Positions 1-9,666 of a stretch of 64,000 bases of DNA are shown piece after piece. Each line of letters begins with the position of its first letter. Position 1 is the first letter of the stretch. The notes under the pieces are model-generated. The model saw nothing but the letters and a program-made list of their open reading frames with translations. It had not been told where the DNA came from and ran no database searches. Location of the stretch: assembly GCA_036522815.1 (NCBI GenBank), contig DATDFC010000102.1:22056-86055 (forward strand), in the 5' to 3' direction. The position numbers were made by a program, and so were the translations under genes. Source of the DNA: Gemmatimonadales bacterium. GTDB lineage: Bacteria > Gemmatimonadota > Gemmatimonadetes > Gemmatimonadales > GWC2-71-9.

Positions 1-2
1 GT

Positions 3-143
3 GTCACGAGCACGACCGCCTTCACCGTCAAAGCCTGCGACAACGGCCTCGGCCCACTCGGTGGGGACACGTTCAGCGTGGACATCGCGGAAAACGGCTT
101 CCACGCCGACGGCCCGGTCACGGGGGACATTCAGAAACACTGA
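3..143 (+). CDS. 3' end of a CDS truncated by the window edge; C-terminal domain of a secreted protein
   Basis: Frame 3 is open from the window edge to TGA at 141-143. It reads ...TAFTVKACDNGLGPLGGDTFSVDIAENGFHADGPVTGDIQKH with GC-rich third positions. By eye it aligns with the C-terminus of the 5533-7707 product (TLTVCDNGPAGSGSDFFQVFIPSEGFGVSGAVTSGDVSKR). Confidence 0.5.
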   Translation, partial: VTSTTAFTVKACDNGLGPLGGDTFSVDIAENGFHADGPVTGDIQKH

Positions 144-158
144 GTCGACGCCGGGCGG

Positions 159-779
159 TTATGGCCGGTACAGCTTGGGAAACCGCTGTTCCAACTGCTT
201 CAGTTTGGGCAGGTCGTTGTACACGATGTACGGGCTGGTGAGGTGGTGGGCCAGGTAGTCCTGGTGATACGCCTCCGCCGGAAAAAAGCGCTCGAACGGC
301 ACTACCTCCGTCACGATAGGACGGGGGTAGGCCGTCGCCCGCTCGAGCTGCGCGATCATCGCGACCGCCGCCGCGTGCTGCTCCGGCGTCCGGTAGAACA
401 CCACGGAGCGGTACTGGCTCCCCACGTCTGGCCCCTGGCGATCGCGCTCGGTGGGGTCGTGCGCCACGGTAAAGAACACCCGCAGCAGCTCCTCATACGA
501 CACGCGCGCCGGGTCGAACGTCACCTCGACCGACTCGGCGTGGCCCGTGGTCGACGTGCTGACGATGTCGTAGTGTGCGGTCGCGGCGCCGCCCCCCGCG
601 TACCCGGACACGACCGTGGTCACCCCGCGCACATGGCGGAACACGGCGTCGACGCCCCAGAAGCAGCCCCCGGCGAACACGGCCGTCTCGCTCTGCTGGC
701 GCGTCGCGCCGGTCTGGGCCGCACCCGGCGCCGCCGCCGCCGTGACCCCCGCGAGCACGAGCAGCACACGCGCCCTCAT
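159..779 (-). CDS. msrA: peptide-methionine (S)-S-oxide reductase MsrA, exported form
   Basis: 206-aa product from ATG at 779. It has the MsrA active-site motif GGCFWG and family-wide similarity (SQYRSVVFY, YHQDYL). N-terminal signal peptide MRARVLLVLAGVTAAAAPGAAQ. The upstream part of the 448-aa ORF is Arg/Gly/Ala-rich and was rejected. Confidence 0.9.
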   Translation of the reverse strand: MRARVLLVLAGVTAAAAPGAAQTGATRQQSETAVFAGGCFWGVDAVFRHVRGVTTVVSGYAGGGAATAHYDIVSTSTTGHAESVEVTFDPARVSYEELLRVFFTVAHDPTERDRQGPDVGSQYRSVVFYRTPEQHAAAVAMIAQLERATAYPRPIVTEVVPFERFFPAEAYHQDYLAHHLTSPYIVYNDLPKLKQLEQRFPKLYRP

Positions 780-1429
780 GGCTGGCGCCACGTGGGCCGC
801 AGGTCCTCGGTCACCAGCTCGATCAGGCGATTCACCATCCGGCCATAGGCTTCCTTCGGGTCCTTGGCCCCGAAGAACAGCTGCCCGTCCACCAGCGCCA
901 CATGGCCGACCTTGTCCGTCGCCCATGCACTCGAGCGCCACAGCGTCGCGCCGGAGCGGGTCGAGAGCAGGCGCACCGTGAGGTCGAGCCGCACGGTGGC
1001 GTCGAGGTGCGGGCTCACGAGCCCGGCAAGCCCGCCGCCGGGCTTGGGATTGGTGACTTTCAGGTGCCCCGCGAACACAGCCTCGATGTCGCGCTGCTTG
1101 CCCAGCTCCTGCGCCGCCGCGATCCCCAGGTCCTGCTCGCCCACCCGCTTCACCAGCGAGTCGACTGAGCCGAGCTCGAGCACTTCCGTGCCGGGTTGAG
1201 CGGCGAGGATCTCTTCCGAGAAGCGGTCGGTCGCGAACTGGTGCAGCGACCCCTTGGCGTTTTCCACGGTGAACGTGACCAGCCCCAGACGGCCGTACGG
1301 CTTCAGGTCGAGTCGTGCCGGGACGGGGACCGGCGCCGGACGGGGGCTGCCGCCGCAGGCGGCCACCGAGCAGAGCGTCAGGAGCGTCAGGGTCCGGGAG
1401 ACGGGTGCCTTCACTAGTAGACTCCGCAC
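776..1429 (-). CDS. lipoprotein of unknown function
   Basis: Last 217 codons of ORF 776-2962. GTG at 1429 (alternative GTG at 1414) gives a signal peptide with lipobox LCSVAAC. The stop overlaps the msrA start (ATGA at 776-779). The rest of the long ORF is antisense to the acyl-CoA ligase gene. Confidence 0.6.
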   Translation of the reverse strand: MRSLLVKAPVSRTLTLLTLCSVAACGGSPRPAPVPVPARLDLKPYGRLGLVTFTVENAKGSLHQFATDRFSEEILAAQPGTEVLELGSVDSLVKRVGEQDLGIAAAQELGKQRDIEAVFAGHLKVTNPKPGGGLAGLVSPHLDATVRLDLTVRLLSTRSGATLWRSSAWATDKVGHVALVDGQLFFGAKDPKEAYGRMVNRLIELVTEDLRPTWRQP

Positions 1430-1513
1430 GTGAGGGGTGAGGCAAAGGTAATTCAGTGGCTCCGGCCGCGCCCGCTCTTGACCCGCCGCCGGCCGGGCCG
1501 TACATCGATCGGC

Positions 1514-3082
1514 GTGATCTTCAAGAGCCCGTATCCCGACGTCGCGCTGCCGGACGTCCCGCTGCACGAGTTCGTGCTCCGCAGGGCGGCAGCGCTGGGC
1601 GACAAGCCCGCCCTGGTCGACGCGGCGAGCGGCCGCTCGCTGACCTACGCTGCGCTCGCCGCCGGCGTCGCGCGCGTCGCCGCGGGCCTGGCCGCGCGCG
1701 GTTTCCGCCCCGGCGACGTGCTGGGCGTGTTCATGCCCAACGCCCCCGAGTTCGCCCTCGCCTTCCATGGCACGCTCGCGGCCGGCGGCGTCGTGACGAC
1801 GATCAACTCCCTCTGCACCGTGCAGGACGCCGTATTCCAGCTGCGCGATGCGCGAGCCCGATTCCTCGTCACCGTGCCCCCGTTTATGGACCGGGCCGGG
1901 CCCGTGGCGCAAGAACTCGGAATCGAAGCGGTTTTCGTGATCGGCAGCGCGCCCGGCGCTACGGCGTTCGCCGCCCTGCTCGAGCACGATGCCCCCGTGC
2001 CCCACGTGTCCATCGATCCCGCTAGGGACCTGGCGGTGCTGCCGTACTCGAGCGGCACCACGGGGTTCCCCAAAGGCGTCATGCTCACGCACCGCAATCT
2101 CGTCGCCAACCTGCTCCAGACCGACGCGGTGCACACGCTGGTCGAGCAGGATCGCGTCATGGCGGTGCTGCCATTTTTCCACATCTACGGGATGCAGGTG
2201 GTCCTCAACCTGGCGCTGGGCCGCGGCGCGACCCTGGTGACGATGCCCAAGTTCGAGCTGGAGCCGTTGCTCGGCGCCCTGCAACGCTACCGTGTCACGC
2301 GAGCGTTCGTGGTTCCGCCACTGGTGCTGGCCCTCGCCAAGCACCCGGCCGTGGACCGCTACGACTTGTCGAGCCTGCGCGGCATGATGTCCGGCGCCGC
2401 TCCGCTCGACGCGGCGCTCGAAACCGCGTGCGTCCGGCGCGTCGGCTGCCGTCTCCTCCAGGGGTACGGCCTCACCGAGGCCAGCCCGGTGACCCATGCA
2501 AACCCGGACGAGCCAGGCAAGATCAAGCCGGGGACCGTGGGCGTGCTCCTCCCGAACACGGAGTGCCGCATCGTCGATCCGGCGACGGGCGTGGATCTGG
2601 GCATAGAAGAGGATGGAGAGCTGCTGATCCGGGGGCCGCAGGTGATGCGCGGCTACCTGAACAACCCGGAGGCGACGGCGGCCACGCTCGACCGCGACGG
2701 CTGGCTCCACACCGGCGACATCGGGCACGTCGACGCGGCCGGGTACTTCACGATCGTGGACCGGTTGAAGGAGCTGATCAAGTACAAGGGCTTCCAGGTC
2801 GCCCCCGCCGAGCTGGAAGCGGTGCTGTGCGCGCACCCGGCCGTGACGGACGCCGCGGTGATCCCCATTCCCGATGACGAGTGCGGTGAGGTTCCGAAGG
2901 CGTTCGTGGTCTTGAAAGGAGAGACGACGCCCGCGGCGCTGCTCGCTTACGTAGCCGAGCATGTCGCACCCTACAAGAAGATCCGGGTGATCGAGGTGAT
3001 CGACGCGATCCCCAAGTCACCGTCCGGCAAGATTCTGCGACGGGTGCTCAAGGAGCGGGAGCGGGCAGCGGCGGTCAGTTGA
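1514..3082 (+). CDS. 4-coumarate-CoA ligase-like acyl-CoA synthetase (AMP-binding family)
   Basis: AMP-binding motif LPYSSGTTGFPKGVMLTHRN and C-terminal GWLHTGD...KYKGFQV...SPSGKILRR. GTG at 1514 gives the typical VIFKSPYPDV N-terminus, so the ATG at 1430 is probably too far upstream. Confidence 0.85.
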   Translation: MIFKSPYPDVALPDVPLHEFVLRRAAALGDKPALVDAASGRSLTYAALAAGVARVAAGLAARGFRPGDVLGVFMPNAPEFALAFHGTLAAGGVVTTINSLCTVQDAVFQLRDARARFLVTVPPFMDRAGPVAQELGIEAVFVIGSAPGATAFAALLEHDAPVPHVSIDPARDLAVLPYSSGTTGFPKGVMLTHRNLVANLLQTDAVHTLVEQDRVMAVLPFFHIYGMQVVLNLALGRGATLVTMPKFELEPLLGALQRYRVTRAFVVPPLVLALAKHPAVDRYDLSSLRGMMSGAAPLDAALETACVRRVGCRLLQGYGLTEASPVTHANPDEPGKIKPGTVGVLLPNTECRIVDPATGVDLGIEEDGELLIRGPQVMRGYLNNPEATAATLDRDGWLHTGDIGHVDAAGYFTIVDRLKELIKYKGFQVAPAELEAVLCAHPAVTDAAVIPIPDDECGEVPKAFVVLKGETTPAALLAYVAEHVAPYKKIRVIEVIDAIPKSPSGKILRRVLKERERAAAVS

Positions 3083-3596
3083 CCTTCAGCACCGCTTCGA
3101 TGAAGCTCAGCGTCTTGGTCTCGACCCACTCCACCGATATGGCCTCGACCTTCATGGTGCCGATGCGGTCGCTGCTGGTCGTCACCACGCGTCCCTTGGC
3201 GGGGGATGGCTTGATGTCACGCGCCACGGCGATGCCGCGGCGGGGATCGCATCGGAAGGTGAGCACCGACGTCAGTGCCGTGCCAGCCGGCGAGCGCGGC
3301 GTGAACGCAAGCTCCACGTTGGGATAGGCGCCCGCGGTGGCGCTCTGGTCCTCGATCGCCGCTTCGTGCCCGGCATTCTTGAGCTCGTCGACGACGCGGT
3401 CGAGCACGGCGCGCACCACCTTCTGGAGCCGCTCTCCGCAGGCGCGCCGCCGCCGCTCGCTTTCGTCATGAACGGGCTTGACGTCCGTCCCCGCCGCCCC
3501 CGTCCCTGCCCCCGTACCCGTCCCCGTGCCGCCGCCCGTGCGCTCGGCATAGCCCTTCAAGAGCACCCGCAGCTTCTCCAAGCTTTTTTCGCTCAT
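3075..3596 (-). CDS. hypothetical protein with Gly/Thr-rich linker
   Basis: ATG at 3596 (MSEKSLEKLRVLLKGY...), 173 aa with GC-rich third positions. No family recognised. The upstream part of the 282-aa ORF looks non-coding. Confidence 0.5.
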   Translation of the reverse strand: MSEKSLEKLRVLLKGYAERTGGGTGTGTGAGTGAAGTDVKPVHDESERRRRACGERLQKVVRAVLDRVVDELKNAGHEAAIEDQSATAGAYPNVELAFTPRSPAGTALTSVLTFRCDPRRGIAVARDIKPSPAKGRVVTTSSDRIGTMKVEAISVEWVETKTLSFIEAVLKVN

Positions 3597-3685
3597 GAGT
3601 CGTCCCGGTCGTCGCGAGCCCGCAAGAGATGATACGGCGCAGGGGTACTCGCGCGATAGGGGACCGCTGGATGGGGCGGGGGGGC

Positions 3686-4246
3686 CTACAGGTTGAGAGC
3701 CTGGAGGAGCCGCTGCACGCGGGGCCACTCGCTCAGCGGCAGCATGTCGTCGTCCGATTCCAGGATGAAGGAGGGCTCGCTCACACAGCCCGTGGTCGTG
3801 AGCGCAGCGCGCTGCGCGCACACCAAGTAGGGATACACTGCGTCGCGGTGCAGCACCCACACGGCGGAATCGCCCGGGGCGGGGTGCGGCCCGGGGCCGA
3901 GCCGGAAGAACATCAGGGTCCACTCGTGACCGTCGAACGCCTTGATGCGCGCGTCGTAGGCCTCGGTCTCGTCGCAGCGGCGCATGATGTGCGCGATGAT
4001 CCCGCAGGGGGCCTCGTAACGGATGTCGCGCTGCGCCCGCGTCAGCACGCCGGCGACGACGACGTCGGCCGTCGCGAGCCGCCCGGCCAGGATGTGATCG
4101 CCTGGAGGCGTGAGCCGCACGCGGTCGACCGCGGGGTGATGGGAGACCGCGCAGGCCGAGAGCACCACCAGGAGCACGCTCGCGGCCGCCCCTGTGCGTG
4201 CGCCGGTTGCGACGCGGGTGACGTGCCGGTAATTCGTGCTGTCCAT
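3686..4246 (-). CDS. lipoprotein of unknown function
   Basis: 186-aa ORF with a signal peptide and lipobox (LLVVLSAC). No family recognised. Confidence 0.55.
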   Translation of the reverse strand: MDSTNYRHVTRVATGARTGAAASVLLVVLSACAVSHHPAVDRVRLTPPGDHILAGRLATADVVVAGVLTRAQRDIRYEAPCGIIAHIMRRCDETEAYDARIKAFDGHEWTLMFFRLGPGPHPAPGDSAVWVLHRDAVYPYLVCAQRAALTTTGCVSEPSFILESDDDMLPLSEWPRVQRLLQALNL

Positions 4247-4452
4247 ACGACCGATCCTCAGCTCACTGTCTCCGTTTCAACAAGAAGCAAGAGCGGTGCC
4301 ACTCGGAAGCCGACGCGGGCGGCCAAAAGGTGTGGCGCGATTGCAGCACCGAGATGCGAGGGGAGGAACCACGCTGCCTTTCATGCGGTTACACGGTGCG
4401 GTGGTCACGCACATTCGCAGTGTTTCACCCGACACACAGGTTTGGGACCAGT

Positions 4453-5331
4453 ATGACACAATCGGTCGACCTTCCGGTCGCGCACAGCGGCAGCTTTCTC
4501 CTGGGCGGCGAGCGCCGCGTGTACCGGCTCGGCTTCGGCGCCATGCGGCTCACCGGTAAAGGCATCTGGGGCGAGCCGCGCGACCACGACGAGGCGATCG
4601 CCGTGCTGCGACGGGCGCTCGAGCTCGGCGTCAACCTGATCGATACGGCCGATTCCTACGGTCCGGCAGTGAGCGAGCGTCTGATCGCGCAGGCTCTCTA
4701 CCCGTATCCGTCGGAGCTGGTGATCGCCACGAAAGGCGGGCTCGAGCGGCCCGGTCCCGACCGATGGACACCGAACGGCCGGCCGGAGCACCTGCGCGCC
4801 GCCTGTGAGGGCAGCCTGCGTCGCCTCAAGCTCGAGCGCATCGAGCTGTACCAGCTGCACCGCATCGATCCCGCCGTCCCGCTCGAGGATCAGCTGGGCA
4901 CACTGCGCGAGCTGCAGCACCAGGGGAAGATCCGTCACATCGGGCTGTCGGAGGTGTCCGTGGCGGACATCGAGCGGGCTCGCCAGCTCGTGCCGATCGT
5001 CTCCGTGCAGAACCGGTACAACCTCGTCGAGCGCCGCGCGACCCCGGCGGCGGAGCAGGTGCTCGATCATTGCGAGCGCACGGGCATCGCCTTCATCCCG
5101 TGGTTCCCACTCTTGGCGGGTGATCTCGCGAAGCCGCGCGGGCCCGTGGCGCGCGTCGCCGGGCGATTGCACGCGACACCGTCGCAGGTGGCGCTCGGGT
5201 GGCTGCTGCGGAGATCGCCCGTGATGCTTCCCATTCCCGGCACGTCGCGCGTCCGCCACCTCGACGAGAACGTCGCGGCGGCGCTGCTCGAGCTGAGCGA
5301 TCAGGACTTCCAGGAACTCGAGCGCGGCTGA
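4453..5331 (+). CDS. aldo/keto reductase
   Basis: Family-wide similarity ([36 protein letters not shown]). ATG at 4453 (MTQSVDLP...) fits the family N-terminus better than ATG at 4330. Confidence 0.85.
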   Translation: MTQSVDLPVAHSGSFLLGGERRVYRLGFGAMRLTGKGIWGEPRDHDEAIAVLRRALELGVNLIDTADSYGPAVSERLIAQALYPYPSELVIATKGGLERPGPDRWTPNGRPEHLRAACEGSLRRLKLERIELYQLHRIDPAVPLEDQLGTLRELQHQGKIRHIGLSEVSVADIERARQLVPIVSVQNRYNLVERRATPAAEQVLDHCERTGIAFIPWFPLLAGDLAKPRGPVARVAGRLHATPSQVALGWLLRRSPVMLPIPGTSRVRHLDENVAAALLELSDQDFQELERG

Positions 5332-5532
5332 CGTGTGCCACGCGCCGCGACGGCGCGACCGCAGCATCGCGAGCGCGCGCTGCTGCGCACCGGCCACGGC
5401 GCAGGCGCGCCGCACCGGAATGCCTCGCGCGACCTGTTTTCACCACACCACGGATCGGTCCGGTTTTTGCCCTCCCCCCTTAGAGCGATGTAGTGGCGAC
5501 ACAAAAAACGATTACGGGGCGAGGGCGCGACG

Positions 5533-7707
5533 ATGGCACGCACGACGAGTTGGACCTTGTTGGCCACGACGGCCGCAACACTGATGGTTGCCGTCGCATG
5601 TAACGATTCGCAGAGTCCGAGGCCCCGAGCGTTGCTCGGTCTGCCGGACCTCGGCACGCTCGCCGTGACCGTCACCACCTCGGGCTCGAACACGCCGTCC
5701 GGCTACACGGTGATAGTGGATGGCTCCTCCAGCCAGTCGGTCGGTGCCAACGCCGTCGCCACGTTCCTGGGGCTCCCGGCGGGCGATCACACCGTGTTGC
5801 TGTCGGGCGTCCCCTCCAACTGCTCAGTCAGCGGAGCTAATCCGCGCACCGTCTCACTCATCGCCGGCCTGGTCGCGGCCACGACGTTCTCCGTCACCTG
5901 CACGGCGCCACCGCCGCCGCCCACCACCGGAGACCTGGCGGTCACCACCGCAACGAGCGGCTCGAACATTGACGCGGACGGCTACACCGTCACCGTCGAC
6001 GGTGGCGCGAGCCAGGCCATCAGCACGAACGGCAGCGTCACCTTCAGCGGGCTCTCGGCGGCGAGCCACACCGTGGTGCTGTCAGGCGTGGCGAGCAACT
6101 GCTCGGTGAGCGGCGGCACCTCCCGCACGGTGAGCGTGCCGGCAGGCGGCACCGCCACGACGTCGTTCGCCGTGAGCTGTACGGCTCCGCCGCCGCAGAC
6201 GGGGAACCTCACGGTCACCACCAGCACCAGCGGCTCGAACCTCGATCCGGACGGCTACACGGTCACCGTCGACGGTGGCGCGAGCCAGGCTATCAGCACG
6301 AACGGCAGCGTCACCTTCAGCGGGCTCTCGGCGGCGAGCCACACCGTGGTGTTGTCGGGCGTGGCGAGCAACTGCTCGGTGGGCGGCGGCACCTCCCGCA
6401 CAGTGAGCGTGCCGGCAGGCGGCACCGCCACGACGTCGTTCGCCGTGAGCTGTACGGCTCCGCCGCCGCAGACGGGCAACCTCACGGTGACCGCGAGCAC
6501 GTCGGGATCGAACCTCGATCCCGACGGCTACACCGCGACGGTGGACGGCGGTGCGAGCCAGAGCGTCGCGACCAACGGGAGCGTGACCTTCACGGGGCTC
6601 TCGGCGGGGAGTCACTCGGTGGCGCTGTCCGGAGTCGCCGCGAACTGCTCGGTGAGCGGGGCGAACCCGCAGACCGTCACCGTGCCCTCGGGCGGGACCG
6701 CGACGGCGACCTTCACCGTGAGCTGCGCCCCGACCGGCGGTGGTAACGGCACGCTGACGGTGACGACCAGCACCACGGGCTCGGACCTCGACCCCGACGG
6801 GTACACCGTCATTGTCGACGGCGGGGCGGCGAGCCAGCCGATTGCGACGAACGGCAGCGTCTCGTTCACCGGACCGGCGGGGGATCACACCGTGGCGCTG
6901 TCCGGCGTGGCGGCGAACTGCAGCGTGAGCGGGGCGAACCCGCGCACTGTCACCGTACCGTCCGGTGAGACCGTGTCCACGACCTTCAGCGTGACGTGCG
7001 CGGCGACCGGTGGAGGCACCGGCAGCGTGACGGTCACCACCAGCACGACGGGCTCGAACCTCGATCCTGACGGCTACACGGTCACGATCGACGGCTCGTT
7101 CAGCCAGCCGATCGCGACCAACGGCAGCGTGACCTTCACGGGTCCGTCGGGCGACCATTCGCTCGCGTTGTCGGGCGTGGCCTCGAACTGCACCGTCAGC
7201 GGGGCGAACCCCCGCACCGTCACCGTGCCGTCCGGCGGCACCACCACCACGACCTTCTCCGTGAGCTGCGCGGCAACCGGCGGTGGCGGCAGTGGTGAAG
7301 TCATCGGTCAGGGGCAGATCGGGAGCGGCTCGCCCACTCCGGGGAGCGATGCGACCACGTTCAACTTCGACATCCGGTCCGACCTCACGGGACGGTTCAC
7401 TGGGACCGACTGGGCCGACCTGCACGCCCCCAATCAGCCCGCCACTCTGACCACCGACCCGGTGGCCGATCCCGCCACGTCGTTCACGGCGTACCGCAAC
7501 AGCTCGAGCGCCTGCAGCGACCCGACCCGCGGCGTGGAGGTCGACGCCGTGGGTCGTGAGGATACCGGCAATCTCGTGGCCTATACCCTGACCGTGTGCG
7601 ACAACGGCCCGGCCGGGAGCGGCAGCGACTTCTTCCAGGTGTTCATTCCGTCGGAAGGGTTCGGCGTCTCCGGCGCCGTGACCAGCGGCGACGTCTCCAA
7701 GCGCTGA
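5533..7707 (+). CDS. tandem-repeat surface lipoprotein (six ~91-aa Ig-like repeats plus C-terminal domain)
   Basis: Signal peptide with lipobox (LMVAVAC). Six repeats of the type GNLTVTTSTSGSNLDPDGYTVTVDGG.SQ...NGSVTF.GL....H.V.LSGVA.NCSVSG...RTVTVP.GGT....F.V.C, each with two Cys. A unique ~135-aa C-terminal domain follows. Confidence 0.8.
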   Translation: MARTTSWTLLATTAATLMVAVACNDSQSPRPRALLGLPDLGTLAVTVTTSGSNTPSGYTVIVDGSSSQSVGANAVATFLGLPAGDHTVLLSGVPSNCSVSGANPRTVSLIAGLVAATTFSVTCTAPPPPPTTGDLAVTTATSGSNIDADGYTVTVDGGASQAISTNGSVTFSGLSAASHTVVLSGVASNCSVSGGTSRTVSVPAGGTATTSFAVSCTAPPPQTGNLTVTTSTSGSNLDPDGYTVTVDGGASQAISTNGSVTFSGLSAASHTVVLSGVASNCSVGGGTSRTVSVPAGGTATTSFAVSCTAPPPQTGNLTVTASTSGSNLDPDGYTATVDGGASQSVATNGSVTFTGLSAGSHSVALSGVAANCSVSGANPQTVTVPSGGTATATFTVSCAPTGGGNGTLTVTTSTTGSDLDPDGYTVIVDGGAASQPIATNGSVSFTGPAGDHTVALSGVAANCSVSGANPRTVTVPSGETVSTTFSVTCAATGGGTGSVTVTTSTTGSNLDPDGYTVTIDGSFSQPIATNGSVTFTGPSGDHSLALSGVASNCTVSGANPRTVTVPSGGTTTTTFSVSCAATGGGGSGEVIGQGQIGSGSPTPGSDATTFNFDIRSDLTGRFTGTDWADLHAPNQPATLTTDPVADPATSFTAYRNSSSACSDPTRGVEVDAVGREDTGNLVAYTLTVCDNGPAGSGSDFFQVFIPSEGFGVSGAVTSGDVSKR
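5650..7294 (+). repeat. in-frame tandem coding repeats, about 6 x 273 bp
   Basis: Repeat units start near 5650, 5929, 6202, 6475, 6748 and 7021. Units 2 and 3 (5929-6474) differ at only a handful of nucleotides over their last ~220 bp, which also produces twin antisense ORFs (5982-6227 and 6255-6500). Confidence 0.85.
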
Positions 7708-7729
7708 CAGCCACGGAGCCCAGCACCGC

Positions 7730-7761
7730 GACGCGCCTCGGCGACCCCGTCGAGGCGCGTC
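7730..7761 (+). terminator. hairpin downstream of the repeat-protein gene (no U-tract)
   Basis: Perfect 11-bp inverted repeat GACGCGCCTCG (7730-7740) / CGAGGCGCGTC (7751-7761) with a 10-nt loop, 23 nt after the stop at 7705-7707. No T-run follows. Confidence 0.4.
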
Positions 7762-7894
7762 GTGCGTCAGGGAGCGGTCCGGGCCCCGTGCGGGTCCGCG
7801 CCGCGAAACTCTCCGCGGGAACATCTCGTCGTCCAACCGTGTCTTGTGGCGCGAGTGCCGTCGCCACAGCCGCACCCGGGAGACGGGAGGACGT

Positions 7895-8572
7895 ATGGAG
7901 CTCAGACTGCTCGAGACGAAGCGCAAGTTCCAGAAGAAGACATTGTTCCGCGTGGGAGCCACGTCGCTCGCGCTGCACGCCGCGGTGATCGGCGGCGCCG
8001 TGTACGTGACGCTGTCCGCCCGGCCGGCGGATACCGCCGTGCGGATGGACACCAGCGTCGTGCTGCTCGCGCCGGCGCAGCGGCAGCCGGCCCTGCCTCC
8101 CCCCGCCCAGCTCGCGGAGCCGCTGCGGGGATTTCAGACCGTGACCGTCCCGACCCAGCTGCCCACGTCCATGCCGAAGCTCGACCTGCAGGAGCGATTC
8201 GACCCGAAGGATTACTCCGGGATCGGCGTCGAAGGCGGCCGCGCCAACGGGGTCGTGCCTTCGGGAAACGAGGTCTACTCGGAGGCGCTGGTGGAGGAGC
8301 GCCCCGCGCTGCTCTCCGCGCCGCCCGCGCCCTACCCCGATCTCTTGAAGCGGGCCGGGATCCACGGCCGCGTGCTGCTGCGGGCCATCGTCGACACCAC
8401 GGGTCGCGTGGAGCCCAGCTCGATCGAGATCGCCACCAGTCCTAACCCCGGCTTCGATCAACCCGCCCGCGAGTGGATCCTCAAGGCGCTGTTCCGGCCG
8501 GCCCGGGTGCACGGCAGGGCGGTCCGTGTCCACATCACTCAGCCGCTCGACTACTCGGTCACCTCTGGCTGA
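7895..8572 (+). CDS. TonB-family energy transducer
   Basis: N-terminal TM helix, a Pro-rich linker (QRQPALPPPAQ) and a TonB C-terminal domain pattern (YPDLLKRAGIHGRVLLRAIVDTTGRV...FRPARVHGRAV). ATG at 7895 is preceded by GGGAGG. Confidence 0.75.
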   Translation: MELRLLETKRKFQKKTLFRVGATSLALHAAVIGGAVYVTLSARPADTAVRMDTSVVLLAPAQRQPALPPPAQLAEPLRGFQTVTVPTQLPTSMPKLDLQERFDPKDYSGIGVEGGRANGVVPSGNEVYSEALVEERPALLSAPPAPYPDLLKRAGIHGRVLLRAIVDTTGRVEPSSIEIATSPNPGFDQPAREWILKALFRPARVHGRAVRVHITQPLDYSVTSG

Positions 8573-8593
8573 CGCGCCACGAAGGAGTCGCTC

Positions 8594-8794
8594 ATGTCCA
8601 AGCCCATCCTGCAGCTCGCCGCACTCGGCCTGCTCGGTCTTTCCCTGTGGAAGGTCGGGTCGTTGTTCTTCATACCGCTGGTCTTCCTGGTGCTCAAGAT
8701 CGCGCTCGTCGTGGGCATCGTGTTGTTCGCCGTGTGGCTGTTCAAGCGCAACGACCGCAAAGGCACGTCGGACTCGGAGACCGGCTCGGCGTGA
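8594..8794 (+). CDS. small membrane protein (two TM helices)
   Basis: 66-aa hydrophobic ORF. GAAGGAG lies 7 nt upstream of the ATG. Confidence 0.6.
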   Translation: MSKPILQLAALGLLGLSLWKVGSLFFIPLVFLVLKIALVVGIVLFAVWLFKRNDRKGTSDSETGSA

Positions 8795-8797
8795 CGC

Positions 8798-9571
8798 TCA
8801 CGCGCCGCCGGGGCGGCGCACCAGCAGCCACACGAACGCCGCCAGGCCGATCGCCACGATGGCGTGCCGCACCGCTTGCTGCCCGACGCGCTGCGCGAAC
8901 CGGGAGCCTGCGTAGCCACCCAGCATCCCGCCCACGGCCATGGTCAGGGCGATCGGCCAGTGTACGATGCCGCCGCCCGCGAACATCACCACCGCCACGG
9001 CGTTGATGCACAGCGCGCCCCAGTTCTTGAGGCCGTTCATGCGGTGGATGTTGGTGAGGCCCATGAACCCCAGCACGGCGAGCATGAGGATCCCGATCCC
9101 CGCCCCGAAGTAGCCCCCGTACACGGCGACCAGGAACTGGGCCGCGAGGAAGCTCCACCGCGGGGCGGGGTCCGTCGTCGCCGGTGCGCTCGGGCGCAGC
9201 CGGCGCAGCAGCGGTCCCTGGACGAGGAACAGGAGTGTCGCTCCCAGGACGAGGAACGGCACGATGCGGTCGAAGGCGGCGGGCGGCGTGTGCAGCAGCA
9301 GCCATGCGCCGAGCGTCCCGCCGATGAGGCTCGGCGCCGTGAAACCGATCACCCAGCGGCGCGCGCCCGTGAGCTCGTGCCGATAGCCCCACATGCTGCC
9401 CAGCGAGCCGGGCCAGAGCGCCACGGTGCTGGTGGCGTTGGCGACGAGCGGCGTGACGCCGAGCCCGACGATGGCTGGAAAGGTGAGCAGCGTGCCGCCG
9501 CCGGCGATGGCGTTCACCGCGCCCGCAGCCGCAGCGGCGAGGAGCGCGAGCACGAGGCGCAGGGCGGTCAC
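8798..9571 (-). CDS. TauE/SafE-family anion exporter
   Basis: Polytopic membrane protein with family-typical segments (AGAVNAIAGGGTLLTFP, GGYFGAGIGILML). GTG at 9571 (VTALRLVLALL) is chosen as the start; the ORF extends to 9673. Confidence 0.8.
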   Translation of the reverse strand: MTALRLVLALLAAAAAGAVNAIAGGGTLLTFPAIVGLGVTPLVANATSTVALWPGSLGSMWGYRHELTGARRWVIGFTAPSLIGGTLGAWLLLHTPPAAFDRIVPFLVLGATLLFLVQGPLLRRLRPSAPATTDPAPRWSFLAAQFLVAVYGGYFGAGIGILMLAVLGFMGLTNIHRMNGLKNWGALCINAVAVVMFAGGGIVHWPIALTMAVGGMLGGYAGSRFAQRVGQQAVRHAIVAIGLAAFVWLLVRRPGGA

Positions 9572-9666
9572 GCCACTAGTGTAGTCGCCAGCGGGCCTTG
9601 CGGCCACGTGCTCCCATCGTCCATCGTTGCCCGCGGGGCGCAGTCCAACCACAAGGAGGAGCTCGG

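Noticed and set aside
776-2962. 728-aa minus-strand ORF
   Set aside because: Only the last 217 codons (lipoprotein, 776-1429) look real. The remainder is antisense to a well-supported acyl-CoA ligase gene and is Arg/His/Gly/Asp-rich, as expected for GC-driven open frames.
5440-5470. Terminator after the aldo/keto reductase gene (CGGA-TCGG-TCCG-GTTTTT)
   Set aside because: The stem is only 4 bp and lies 130 nt from the stop, so support is insufficient.
5650-7294. Possible CRISPR-like or satellite array
   Set aside because: The units are 273 bp, contiguous with no spacers, in frame, and encode a conserved two-Cys protein module. They are coding tandem repeats, not a CRISPR array.
6082-8052. 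656-aa minus-strand ORF and the twin 81-aa ORFs at 5982-6227 and 6255-6500
   Set aside because: They are antisense to the tandem-repeat lipoprotein gene, and their repetition merely mirrors the coding repeats. The composition is Arg/Gly/Ala/His-rich with no recognisable domain.
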